A DNA stretch of 32,000 nucleotides, from the NCBI RefSeq assembly GCF_000011325.1, contig NC_003450.3:360001-392000 (forward strand), read 5' to 3'. Source of the DNA: Corynebacterium glutamicum ATCC 13032. Lineage in GTDB: Bacteria > Actinomycetota > Actinomycetes > Mycobacteriales > Mycobacteriaceae. Both the position numbers and the translations under genes were made by a program. Shown in pieces: positions 8,647 to 17,369 of the stretch. The notes under the pieces were generated by a model. It was not told where the DNA came from. It saw nothing but the letters and a program-made list of their open reading frames with translations, and did not search any database. The stretch's first letter is position 1. Each line of letters begins with the position of its first letter.

Positions 8647-9804
8647 ATGACTAATGAACGAATTTTTCTATCATCGCCAGATGTAACACAGTTAGAGGAA
8701 GACGCATTGGTACGCGCAATCCGATCAGGATGGATTGCACCGCTTGGTCCAGAAGTTGATGCGTTTGAGCAAGAACTTGCTGAGTATTGTGGCCGCAAAT
8801 ATGTTGTTGCACTTTCATCGGGTACTGCAGCCCTCCACTTAGGTCTATTAGCACTAGGCGTTGGAGAAGGAGACTTGGTTCTTACATCATCAATGACTTT
8901 TGCAGCGACCACCAACGCAATTGTTTATACGGGTGCTGAGCCAATTTTCGTGGACTGCGATGAATCTGGAAATATGGATCCAGATCTTTTAGAAAAAGCC
9001 TTTGCTGAGCTAAAGAGTGAAGGAAAGGAAGTAAAGGCTGTAGTACCTGTCGATCTACTTGGCAAAGTTGTTCAGCACGAGAAGATTAAAAAGATTGCTG
9101 ATGAATACGGGGCAGTAGTGCTTTCTGATGCCGCTGAATCCTTGGGCGCCATTCGCAATGGAAAGTCTGCTGCAGCATATGGAGTGGCGGCAGCGGTTTC
9201 CTTCAACGGAAACAAAATTATGACTACCAGCGGTGGTGGAGCTTTGTTAACTGATGACAAGGATATTGCAGACAACGTCCGCTATCTTGCGACACAAGCT
9301 CGCCAACCTGTAGTTCATTACGAACACACCGATGTTGGGTATAACTATCGCCTTTCAAATATCCTCGCTGCACTGGGACGAGCTCAACTTTCCCGACTCG
9401 ACAAGATGATTGAGCGTCGACGTCAACACCGTGCGTTCTATCGAGAATTGTTTGCAGGTGTTTCTGGAGTAGAGATCTTTGGCGAGCCATCAGGGGTCGA
9501 TGGTGGCGACACTATTGATAATTTCTGGCTCACTTCTATTCTTATTGATAAAGAAGTTGCGGGATTTAGCTCTGAAGATCTTCGATCAGTTCTAAATCAG
9601 GCGAATATTGAGTCTCGTCCCTTGTGGAAACCAATGCATCTCCAGCCAGTATTTAAGAAGTATCGTAGCTTCACCAATGAAGAAGGACAGAGGCTATTTG
9701 ATTCAGGGCTTTCTCTCCCAAGCGGTTCAGTACTTGATAATGCGTCAATGAATCGTGTTGAGACTACAATTGGCCAGTTTTTGGAGAGTCAGCATGCGAT
9801 CTAA
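8647..9804 (+). CDS. PLP-dependent NDP-4-keto-6-deoxy-sugar aminotransferase (DegT/DnrJ/EryC1/StrS; PglE-like)
   Basis: 385 aa. The ATG directly abuts the capD stop, with GGAGA upstream. Motifs include N-terminal FLSSPDVT..E, the SSGTAALHL block and the PLP-lysine context SFNGNKIMTTSGGGALLT. The C-terminal part contains NYRLSNILAALGRAQL. Confidence 0.9.
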   Translation: MTNERIFLSSPDVTQLEEDALVRAIRSGWIAPLGPEVDAFEQELAEYCGRKYVVALSSGTAALHLGLLALGVGEGDLVLTSSMTFAATTNAIVYTGAEPIFVDCDESGNMDPDLLEKAFAELKSEGKEVKAVVPVDLLGKVVQHEKIKKIADEYGAVVLSDAAESLGAIRNGKSAAAYGVAAAVSFNGNKIMTTSGGGALLTDDKDIADNVRYLATQARQPVVHYEHTDVGYNYRLSNILAALGRAQLSRLDKMIERRRQHRAFYRELFAGVSGVEIFGEPSGVDGGDTIDNFWLTSILIDKEVAGFSSEDLRSVLNQANIESRPLWKPMHLQPVFKKYRSFTNEEGQRLFDSGLSLPSGSVLDNASMNRVETTIGQFLESQHAI

Positions 9805-10408
9805 GTACAAAAACTATGGCGTAGTAAAACGTGCGATTGATATTGGGGTTAGTGGCGTAGGGCTGATTATCTCTGCGCCGATTCAGCTGGCAATAGCAGC
9901 AGTTGTATTGAGAGCTCATGGTCGTCCGATTCTATTTCGTCAACCACGACCTGGGAAAGACGGTGTGGTATTTGAGATGATTAAGTTTCGAACCATGCTT
10001 GAACCAGATGAAAAACATGTAACTGATGAACAGCGTCTAACTAAAGTTGGAAAGCTTCTGCGGGAAACGAGTTTAGATGAGTTACCTACACTCTGGAATG
10101 TATTTAAAGGTGATATGAGCCTTGTAGGGCCTCGACCTTTGCTTGTTAGCTATCTGGAACATTACTCTTCTGAACAAGCTCGACGCCATGAAGTTCGTCC
10201 TGGGATTACTGGTTTGGCTCAGGTGAATGGCCGTAATCAAACTACTTGGGATGAACGACTTAAGTTGGATGTCGAATATGTGGATCGCTGTAGTTTGAAA
10301 CTAGATTTCAAAATATTAATCGCCACTGTAAAAACAGTTCTTTCTAAAAAGGGCATTAGTAATGAAGGTCATGTCACGATGCCATCCTTCATTGAAGAAA
10401 GAAAATAG
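9794..10408 (+). CDS. Small monotopic phosphoglycosyl transferase (bacterial sugar transferase, PglC/WbaP-C-like), the initiating enzyme
   Basis: The track ORF is 9755..10408. The likely start is the ATG at 9794 (MRSKYKNYGVVKRAIDIG..), which overlaps the aminotransferase stop by 11 nt. One re-entrant helix is present (VSGVGLIISAPIQLAIAAVVL). Motifs include KFRTM, the catalytic SLDELPTLWNVFKGDMSLVGPRP and RPGITGLAQV. Confidence 0.88.
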   Translation: MRSKYKNYGVVKRAIDIGVSGVGLIISAPIQLAIAAVVLRAHGRPILFRQPRPGKDGVVFEMIKFRTMLEPDEKHVTDEQRLTKVGKLLRETSLDELPTLWNVFKGDMSLVGPRPLLVSYLEHYSSEQARRHEVRPGITGLAQVNGRNQTTWDERLKLDVEYVDRCSLKLDFKILIATVKTVLSKKGISNEGHVTMPSFIEERK

Positions 10409-10612
10409 CAGGTAAAAATTTTACTTTCTGTATAGAGATGCGCCACCAATTTTGGTGCGTAAAAAGGCTCGACCCTGAGCAATTCTTGGGCTCGAGTCTT
10501 CTTATAGTTTACAGATGTAAAATATTTTGCATCTGAGCAGTTAGAAACGGTATGTCGGTAGTAACCGATACGATTTATTGAAGCTATTTAGTAATTGAGG
10601 ACAGGTGTGTCA

Positions 10613-11776
10613 ATGATACTAAGAAATAGGTCACGTTGTAGATCTTCTAGAGAGAATGTGATTCTCTTTGGGGCTACGACAGACATGTCAAATATTTTTT
10701 ATGAAGGGATCCTGCAGAATCTAATTCAAGATGGGTGGGATGTGCACCTTGTTTCAAATCCAGGCCCAGTTGGGAAGAAATTACTGAATGGTAAAGCTCA
10801 TACTATCGAGATGTCTAGAGAGATTTCAATAGGTACCGATGTTAAATCATTATTTAATTGGGTGCTATTGCTTAGGAAAATTCGTCCAAGAGTGCTGATA
10901 GTTGGAACTCCGAAAGCTTCATTGCTGGGAGTCGTGGCAGCACGAATTGCTCGAGTGCCACGAATTGTCTATGTGGCACATGGGCTGCGCTCTGAAACTG
11001 TTTTAGGCTTAAAAAAGAAGATTCTAGTGTTTTTGGAATATTTGACCCAGTTGTTTGCACATCAAACTTTGGCTGTAAGTCATTCTCTGAAGAAAGCAAT
11101 TGAAGATGCGCACCCTCGTTTTAAAGGAAGAGTGCAAGTCTTAGGTTATGGCAGTATGAATGGAGTTGAGCTTGATCGCTTTAGAGTTCCATCCCTTGAA
11201 GAGAAATTATCTGCTCGTAATGCTTTAAACCTGCCTAGTAAATCTGTCATTGTTGGTTTTGTCGGCAGAATAAATAAAGATAAGGGAGGAGATCTTCTCG
11301 CTGCTCTTACAAAACATGAGGCTTTTACCCGATTGCGACTGCATCTCTTAATTATTGGTGAATTGGAAGACGATGACTTGCGAGAAGCATTCATTAAATT
11401 AGTTAATGAAGGGCAGGTTACGATTACAGGATGGATTGATTTCCCTGAAGAACCATTAGCTGCAGTTGATGTTTTGCTTCACCCAACTCAGCGAGAAGGT
11501 TTAGGTATGTCTTTGCTGGAAGCTCAGGCTATGGGAGTGCCTGTATTGACGAATGCTGTGACTGGAACAGTTGATGCAGTAACAAGTGGAGAAGGTGGCT
11601 TTTTTGCCGATGACGATTCTGTTGAGTCCTGGGTTTCTAAGATTGATTTATTAGTTTCCGATCCTAAGTTAAGAGACCGGATGGGACGTGCTGGTCGCCA
11701 GTTTGTGTCAGCTCGTTTCAATCGTGATGATGTCGCAGCTCGTTTCAGTCATTTCGTGGAACAATTCAAAAAATAG
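10613..11776 (+). CDS. GT4-family (GT-B) glycosyltransferase
   Basis: The track ORF starts at TTG 10595. The ATG at 10613 has GAGGA 11 nt upstream. The C-terminal domain carries the EX7E-type motif HPTQREGLGMSLLEAQAMGVPVL and VGFVGRINKDKG. This is the first gene after a 204-bp gap and a drop in GC. Confidence 0.85.
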   Translation: MILRNRSRCRSSRENVILFGATTDMSNIFYEGILQNLIQDGWDVHLVSNPGPVGKKLLNGKAHTIEMSREISIGTDVKSLFNWVLLLRKIRPRVLIVGTPKASLLGVVAARIARVPRIVYVAHGLRSETVLGLKKKILVFLEYLTQLFAHQTLAVSHSLKKAIEDAHPRFKGRVQVLGYGSMNGVELDRFRVPSLEEKLSARNALNLPSKSVIVGFVGRINKDKGGDLLAALTKHEAFTRLRLHLLIIGELEDDDLREAFIKLVNEGQVTITGWIDFPEEPLAAVDVLLHPTQREGLGMSLLEAQAMGVPVLTNAVTGTVDAVTSGEGGFFADDDSVESWVSKIDLLVSDPKLRDRMGRAGRQFVSARFNRDDVAARFSHFVEQFKK

Positions 11777-11928
11777 GGCTCATTCAATTTCAATATTCAG
11801 ATAAATGGGAAGGGGTTCTTTTTTCAACTTTTACCTATTGGTGCGAAGAATCAGATCCACCCTATTGATCTGAACATTAAAACGAAATGTAGCTAATTTA
11901 GATCGCGAATTTATATGGAAGAAGACCG

Positions 11929-13422
11929 ATGGCAAATACTAGAGATGAAGCTACTGAAGTACCTGAAGATGGCTCTTTGAGGAAGGGCGCAGCTCGGGGA
12001 TCCGCTATCACTTTAGTAGGGCAGATTACGAGAATTTTGATTCAGTTACTCAGCGTAATCTTACTAGCTAGATTAATTCCTCCTGCAGATTTTGGTTTAT
12101 ACGCTATGGTCCTTGCAGTTTCAGGCGTGGCTCAGATCTTTCTCGATCTAGGGTTTTCTATGGCGGCCCTGAGATCACGTGATCTAACTAAGCAACAACA
12201 TTCAAATCTATTTTGGATTAATACTTCCGCTGGTTTTCTTCTATTTATTATTATTTTTTCACTTGCGATTCCTTTAGCAACTTTCTATGGAGATGATCGA
12301 TTAATAAGGGTTACACAGTGGATATCTATTGTGTACCTGTTGGGGGGAATCACTGCTCAGTTTAGGGTCCATTTAAATCGTCACCTGCGATTTGGAGCTT
12401 TATCTCTTGCAGATGTTTTAGCACCGTTGGTAGCTCTCGTAGTGGCCGTAATTATGGCAATGAAGGGTTATGGAGTTCAAGCTCTTGTGGTTCAAACAAT
12501 ATTGAACTACTTAGTTATGCTGGTTTTGGTTGTCGTGATGGCCCGGTGGGTTCCGAGTTTTCCTCGTAAGACTCCCGGTATGAAGCCATTGCTTACTTTT
12601 GGTATGGGACTTGGCGCGACTAGATTCTTATCTTATTTAACTCAAAATATTGATAGTATTATTATTGGCCGGGTGATGGGGCCAGTTCAGCTCGGGTTTT
12701 ATGATCGTGCATTTAGGCTGGCAGTCGCACCTGTTGTGCAAATTAGTTTCCCATTCACACGTGTAGCAATACCATTTTTAGTTCGTGTAATGGATGATGG
12801 AAAAAAGTATGTTGCCGCACTACGTGAAGCTCAAATGGTCGGCATCTATGGAACTGCTAGTTTTCTTTTGGTTTTTGGCGGTATGGCTACACCAATTGTG
12901 ACCTTAATTTTTGGTCCTGATTGGGTAGAAGCGGGACTTCTGATGACAATTCTATGCATAGGTGCAATATTCCGTACATTGCAACAGGTTGCTACTTGGG
13001 TATTTATGTCAAAAGGACTGTCCGGGGCATTGCTGAAGCTAAATCTTGTCATGCAACCGGTGATCGTATTGTTAATCATCGGTGGTGCTCGATGGGGCAC
13101 GGTTGGTGTTGCATGGGCAGGGACTCTGGGATACTTTCTGTTTTGGTTGGTCTCAATAGCTTGGGCAAGTTATGCCACTAATTTAAATTTGTGGAGTTTA
13201 GTCACAAATCCTCTAGAGATTATCGGTAAATTTAGCCTTCCTGCGGGGCTTATTACTTTTGCGATTTCGTCAAATTCATCCCTTTCGCTATTAACACAGT
13301 TCTTGGCATCTATTGGTGGTGCATTGATTTGGTTTGTATTCATTTATTGCATCTCAAAGAAGATTAAAAAAGATATTCGCCGACTAGTTGGAATCGGAAT
13401 GCTAGTTTTAAAGAGGCGTTGA
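11929..13422 (+). CDS. wzx: Wzx-type oligosaccharide flippase (MOP/PST superfamily)
   Basis: 497 aa, strongly hydrophobic, with 12-14 predicted helices. The N-terminal region is PST-like (GAARGSAITLVGQITRILIQLLSVILLARLIPPADFGLYAMV). It is very AT-rich. Confidence 0.85.
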   Translation: MANTRDEATEVPEDGSLRKGAARGSAITLVGQITRILIQLLSVILLARLIPPADFGLYAMVLAVSGVAQIFLDLGFSMAALRSRDLTKQQHSNLFWINTSAGFLLFIIIFSLAIPLATFYGDDRLIRVTQWISIVYLLGGITAQFRVHLNRHLRFGALSLADVLAPLVALVVAVIMAMKGYGVQALVVQTILNYLVMLVLVVVMARWVPSFPRKTPGMKPLLTFGMGLGATRFLSYLTQNIDSIIIGRVMGPVQLGFYDRAFRLAVAPVVQISFPFTRVAIPFLVRVMDDGKKYVAALREAQMVGIYGTASFLLVFGGMATPIVTLIFGPDWVEAGLLMTILCIGAIFRTLQQVATWVFMSKGLSGALLKLNLVMQPVIVLLIIGGARWGTVGVAWAGTLGYFLFWLVSIAWASYATNLNLWSLVTNPLEIIGKFSLPAGLITFAISSNSSLSLLTQFLASIGGALIWFVFIYCISKKIKKDIRRLVGIGMLVLKRR

Positions 13423-13499
13423 GGGGTAGTATCGCGTAAGTTTATTAGTGGTTAGCGTAGATTTTTCGAATTGAAGATGTTTCTGAAAGGTATTTAGAT

Positions 13500-14816
13500 A
13501 TGTATGCAGAAATTAATGGCGGTTTTATTCCAGAGGGCACCGTGCGGGTAAGCGGCGCAAAAAACTCTGCTACTAGACTTCTCGCGGCGGCACTGCTAAC
13601 CGATGAGGTGGTGCATCTTGGTAATTTCCCAACCAAGCTTGTGGATGTTGAACATAAAATTCGCTTTATTGAAGAGCTTGGCGGAAAAGTGCATGTCGAC
13701 CATGATGAGCAAATTTTAGTAGTTGATGCTAAGGATCTTGCAGCGCGAGAAATGACTACTGATGAACTGAATATTCCGATTCGAACTACTTATCTCCTAG
13801 CAGCAGCGCAGATTGGGCGTGGGGAAATTGCTCGAGTTCCTTTTCCTGGGGGGTGTGCTATTGGAGGAGGTCCTGCTGGCGGACGAGGATATGATCTTCA
13901 TCTTATGGTCTGGGAACAGCTAGGTTGTAAAATTCTTGAAAAAGATGATCACATTGAAGTAACTGCACCCCAGGGCTTTATCGGGGGAGTTATTGACTTT
14001 CCTATTTCTACTGTGGGAGGCACTGAAAACGCGTTACTATGCGCAAGTATTGCTTCAGGGGATACTAAAATTGCCAATGCTTATATTACCCCTGAGATAA
14101 CTGATCTTATTGAACTTCTGCGACGTATGGGTGCGGAGATCACTGTCTACGGTACCAGCCGTATTCATGTAAAGGGTCGAGCAGGTCTTTTGCAGGGCGC
14201 ATATATGGACGTAATGCCGGATCGTATTGAGGCATTGACGTGGATCGTGTATGGAATTATTTCAGGCGGAAGGATTACCGTCGAAGGTGTTCCATTTAGC
14301 TCGATGGAAGTTCCTTTTATCCACCTTGAGAAGGCTGGAGTGGATCTTTTCCGTAATTCAAGTTCCGTATATATTACACCAGAATGCTTGCCTTCAGGCT
14401 CAGTTCAGCCATTTGAGCTAGCGTGTGGAACTCACCCCGGAGTAATTTCGGACATGCAGGCACTTTTTGTTCTTTTAGGATTAAAAGGTGCAGGAACTTC
14501 ACGCGTCTATGACTATCGATACCCAGAAAGAATTGCATTTGTTGAGGAATTGACAAATCTAGTTTCGGGCGACAAATTAAGTGCAGAGGCTGGCAAGATC
14601 ACTATCCAGGGAGATGCTACTTTCCGGCCAGGATATGCGAACTCAACTGATCTACGTGGTTCTATGGCTGTTGTTTTAGCGGCGCTTTGCGCTGATGGAA
14701 AGTCCACGATTAATAACGTCCATATGGCGTTACGTGGGTACAACGAGTTGGATAAAAAACTTCGTTTACTTGGTGCGGATTTAACTATCAGAGAAGGCGA
14801 AGTTCCTTCACCTTAA
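13500..14816 (+). CDS. murA: MurA-like NDP-sugar 1-carboxyvinyl (enolpyruvyl) transferase, locus-specific paralog
   Basis: 438 aa with GAAAGG upstream. It is collinear with MurA/EPSP-synthase fold proteins: VRVSGAKNSATRLLAAALL, catalytic-loop PGGCAIG (Cys codon 13854-13856), MPDRIEA, SDMQALF, TDLRGSMAVVLAAL and RGYNELDKKLRLLGADL. The loop after the Cys is expanded (GGGPAGGRGYDLH). Confidence 0.88.
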   Translation: MYAEINGGFIPEGTVRVSGAKNSATRLLAAALLTDEVVHLGNFPTKLVDVEHKIRFIEELGGKVHVDHDEQILVVDAKDLAAREMTTDELNIPIRTTYLLAAAQIGRGEIARVPFPGGCAIGGGPAGGRGYDLHLMVWEQLGCKILEKDDHIEVTAPQGFIGGVIDFPISTVGGTENALLCASIASGDTKIANAYITPEITDLIELLRRMGAEITVYGTSRIHVKGRAGLLQGAYMDVMPDRIEALTWIVYGIISGGRITVEGVPFSSMEVPFIHLEKAGVDLFRNSSSVYITPECLPSGSVQPFELACGTHPGVISDMQALFVLLGLKGAGTSRVYDYRYPERIAFVEELTNLVSGDKLSAEAGKITIQGDATFRPGYANSTDLRGSMAVVLAALCADGKSTINNVHMALRGYNELDKKLRLLGADLTIREGEVPSP

Positions 14817-14832
14817 GAACGAAAGTTTTACA

Positions 14833-15840
14833 TTGAATGATTTTAAGAAAGTCTCCGAAAGTCTTGAGACCGCATTGCGTAATGAGTTCGACTTTCGGTT
14901 CGCTACCGAAGTCTCATTGAAGGAGATATCGCGTTGGAGGATCGGAGGTCCTGCAGCTGTATTTGCTGAGCCTAGTTCTATTAATGAGATCTGTGCTCTT
15001 CTTGCATTCATGAAAAATCGTCCGGAACCAGTAGTAGTTGTTGGCGGTACTTCCAATATTCTTTTTGATTCAGATGGCTTTGGTGGCTTAGTTATAAAGT
15101 TGGGTGAAAATTTTAGCAACTTTATAATTGAAGGCAGCCGTATTCGTGCTCAAGCTGGTGCTTCGGTACCTCAACTAGTGCGTGCTGTTGCGACCGAGGG
15201 GCTGGAAGGAATAGTTCATGCGGGCGGAATACCTGGAACTGTAGGTGGCTTAGTTGTTATGAATGGCGGAACCCAGCGTCGTGGAATCGGTGAGCATGTC
15301 ACTAAAGTATTAGTAACAGATGCTGAAGGCAGTATCCGAGAACTGAACGCAAATGAATTGCAGTTTACGTATAGAAACTCCGTACTTAAGAACTCTGAAA
15401 CTACTGTATTAGAAGTCGAACTTCTTCTGAAGCCAGGAAATGCTGGAGAATTGTTGGCCGAATTGGAAACGATTCTAGATCAACGTTCTCAAAAGTTTCC
15501 TGAGGATCTTCCAAACTGTGGATCGACATTCCTTTCAGATCCCGCTATGTACAGTATTGTTGGTCCTCCTGGTAAGGCCATAGAAGATGCAGGATTAAAG
15601 GGACTTAGACGCGGTTCTGCAGAAATTTCCATGCAACATGCGAATTTTATAGTCAATCATGGGGATGCATCTGATGATGACATCTTGTGGTTGATCTCTG
15701 CTGTTCGAAAGGAAGTTTATAGCAGAACTGGTTTTGTAATGGATTGTGAAGTTTTATATCTGTCATATTCTGGTGATTTTCGCCCTGCTCATGAAGTGGC
15801 GGACGAGCAATGGCCCGATATAGATTTAGTAAGGAACTAA
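14833..15840 (+). CDS. murB: MurB-like FAD-dependent enolpyruvyl-sugar reductase, locus-specific paralog
   Basis: 335 aa with a TTG start at 14833; no in-frame ATG lies nearby. FAD-binding domain motifs are SRWRIGGPAAVFAEPSS, VVGGTSNILFDSDGFGGLVIKL, AGGIPGTVGGLVVMNGG and FTYRNS. The catalytic Ser context is CGSTFLSDP, followed by HANFIVN. Confidence 0.85.
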   Translation: MNDFKKVSESLETALRNEFDFRFATEVSLKEISRWRIGGPAAVFAEPSSINEICALLAFMKNRPEPVVVVGGTSNILFDSDGFGGLVIKLGENFSNFIIEGSRIRAQAGASVPQLVRAVATEGLEGIVHAGGIPGTVGGLVVMNGGTQRRGIGEHVTKVLVTDAEGSIRELNANELQFTYRNSVLKNSETTVLEVELLLKPGNAGELLAELETILDQRSQKFPEDLPNCGSTFLSDPAMYSIVGPPGKAIEDAGLKGLRRGSAEISMQHANFIVNHGDASDDDILWLISAVRKEVYSRTGFVMDCEVLYLSYSGDFRPAHEVADEQWPDIDLVRN

Positions 15841-15841
15841 A

Positions 15842-16879
15842 ATGCCAAAAGTAAGTGTGGTTACTGGTTTTTATAACCGCTGTGAGCATTTAGAACGAAC
15901 CATTGAGTCTATTCTTAACCAAACTTATAGCGATTTTGAATTAATTGTTTTTGATGATGCATCGACAGATGGAACAGCTTCACGATTGTTAGAGTTAAAA
16001 GAAAAATATGATGATCCGCGTTTCCGATTTATCATTCATGAAGAGAATAAAGGTTTCGTAAAAGGGTTATCAGAAGCAATTTCTGGAGCTAAAGGGCAGT
16101 ATATTGCAGTCCAGGGATCAGGCGATGTATCTCTTCCTCGCCGTTTAGAGCTTCAGGTAGAGTTTCTAGACGCGAATCCTTCGGTAGGTGCTGTGGGTGG
16201 TGCTATCTATAATATTCAAGAAGATACGGGAACACGCAACCCACAGAGATTTGAAAAGCCAATTGCTACATTCGATGATTTATTGACATCTAATCCGTTC
16301 ACTCACGGAGAAGTGATGTATCGCTTAGACCTTTATAAGAGTATAGGTGGGTATCGAAGTGGCTTTACTTTTGCTCAAGATCGTGATTTATGGTTGAGGA
16401 TGGCGAAAAAAGCAGATCTGGGTATCATTCCAGATTTTCTTTATCACCGTTACACACTTTTAGATGGTGTCTCTTTCGTCCCGGATAAAACTATACGTCA
16501 GCGATGCTTTTCAGAAGCTGCGGTGCGACTGGCATTAATGCCAGAAGAGGAAGGAGCTTTAGCCTACTCTAGGCTGGAAGCTGAAGGGCCTACTGCCGTA
16601 GTTCCTATCGCTGATAGAGCTGTTCAGAAATTTGTCCCTAAAGCGGCTATTCGCTTATGTCTATATGGTGCTCCGGAAACTGGTTTACACATGGCTCGAG
16701 ACTATATCCAGAACCCTCTGCGCCGTACCATAGTTGTAGTTTTGATCAGCATCTATTCGTCTAGATTAATTAAGCCTCTTCAAGATATTCTATATAAGTC
16801 TATTTTTAAGGGGGTCTCGATTTCTAAACCTATTAAGAGTTCACTCGTGAAGTTTACAAGAAGAATTCAAGGGAAGTAG
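15842..16879 (+). CDS. GT2-family (GT-A) glycosyltransferase
   Basis: 345 aa. The ATG lies 1 nt after the murB-like stop, with AAGGAA upstream. The N-terminal part is SVVTGFYNRCEHLERTIESILNQTYSDFELIVFDDASTDGT, with a DxD-type FDD and a later QDRDLWLRM block. Confidence 0.85.
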   Translation: MPKVSVVTGFYNRCEHLERTIESILNQTYSDFELIVFDDASTDGTASRLLELKEKYDDPRFRFIIHEENKGFVKGLSEAISGAKGQYIAVQGSGDVSLPRRLELQVEFLDANPSVGAVGGAIYNIQEDTGTRNPQRFEKPIATFDDLLTSNPFTHGEVMYRLDLYKSIGGYRSGFTFAQDRDLWLRMAKKADLGIIPDFLYHRYTLLDGVSFVPDKTIRQRCFSEAAVRLALMPEEEGALAYSRLEAEGPTAVVPIADRAVQKFVPKAAIRLCLYGAPETGLHMARDYIQNPLRRTIVVVLISIYSSRLIKPLQDILYKSIFKGVSISKPIKSSLVKFTRRIQGK

Positions 16880-17141
16880 CGAAAAACCGCATCTACCAAG
16901 GTAGTCTACCTTGGAGCGCAAGTTCCTAGTAGTGCTTTGTTCGGAGAGTACGGACACAGTATGGACAATAGTCCAACAACCTAATGCAGCGGTCTGGTGT
17001 TGGGCAAGTATGACATAATAAAAACTTACTCCGCCTTGCGCGTGTTTGGGTCGGCAGCCAACCGTTGGGTGGTGGCAAACAGATGCGCCAGGGTCACTAA
17101 CACCGTGTGGTGATCCTAGTCTAACCAGCTGCACCCGGATC

Positions 17142-17320
17142 TGACCCCTGTTTGGCCGTCACCTAACATCCCAACAACAAGGAATCGAAAGGCAATCTGC
17201 CACCTTGCCAAGCAAGTCCTACACAGAGGAGTTCAAGCTCGACGCCGTCGCCTTGTACGAGATCTCCCCATAGGTTTCAATCCGCATCATCGCCACCGAC
17301 CTCGGGATCAGCCGGTTTTG
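17142..17320 (+). mobile_element. IS3-family left-end fragment (IRL plus a truncated, stop-containing orfA start)
   Basis: The terminal sequence TGACCCCTGTTTGGCCGTCACCTAACATCCCAACAA starts at 17142. TTG at 17205 opens MPSKSYTEEFKLDAVALYEISP*VSIRIIATDLGISR, an IS3 OrfA helix-turn-helix pattern with an in-frame TAG. Similarity is lost after about 17320. Confidence 0.7.
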
Positions 17321-17369
17321 TCAATATTTTATCTGCCAAAAGAGCGCGACGGGTTCAGCTGGGCAACAC

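Noticed and set aside
16841-17134. 97-aa minus-strand ORF, plus the unassigned GC-richer 220 bp (16920-17141) between GT2 and the IS3 end
   Set aside because: I found no family motif in any frame. It overlaps the GT2 3' end. It may be further IS debris, but I cannot support a call.
17322-17349. Possible second ISL3-type end (CAATATTTTATCTGCCAAAAGAGCGCG) or the missing left IR of the ISL3 remnant
   Set aside because: Only about 13 of 24 positions match the 18502-18529 end, and the orientation is wrong for a left IR. This is too weak to call.
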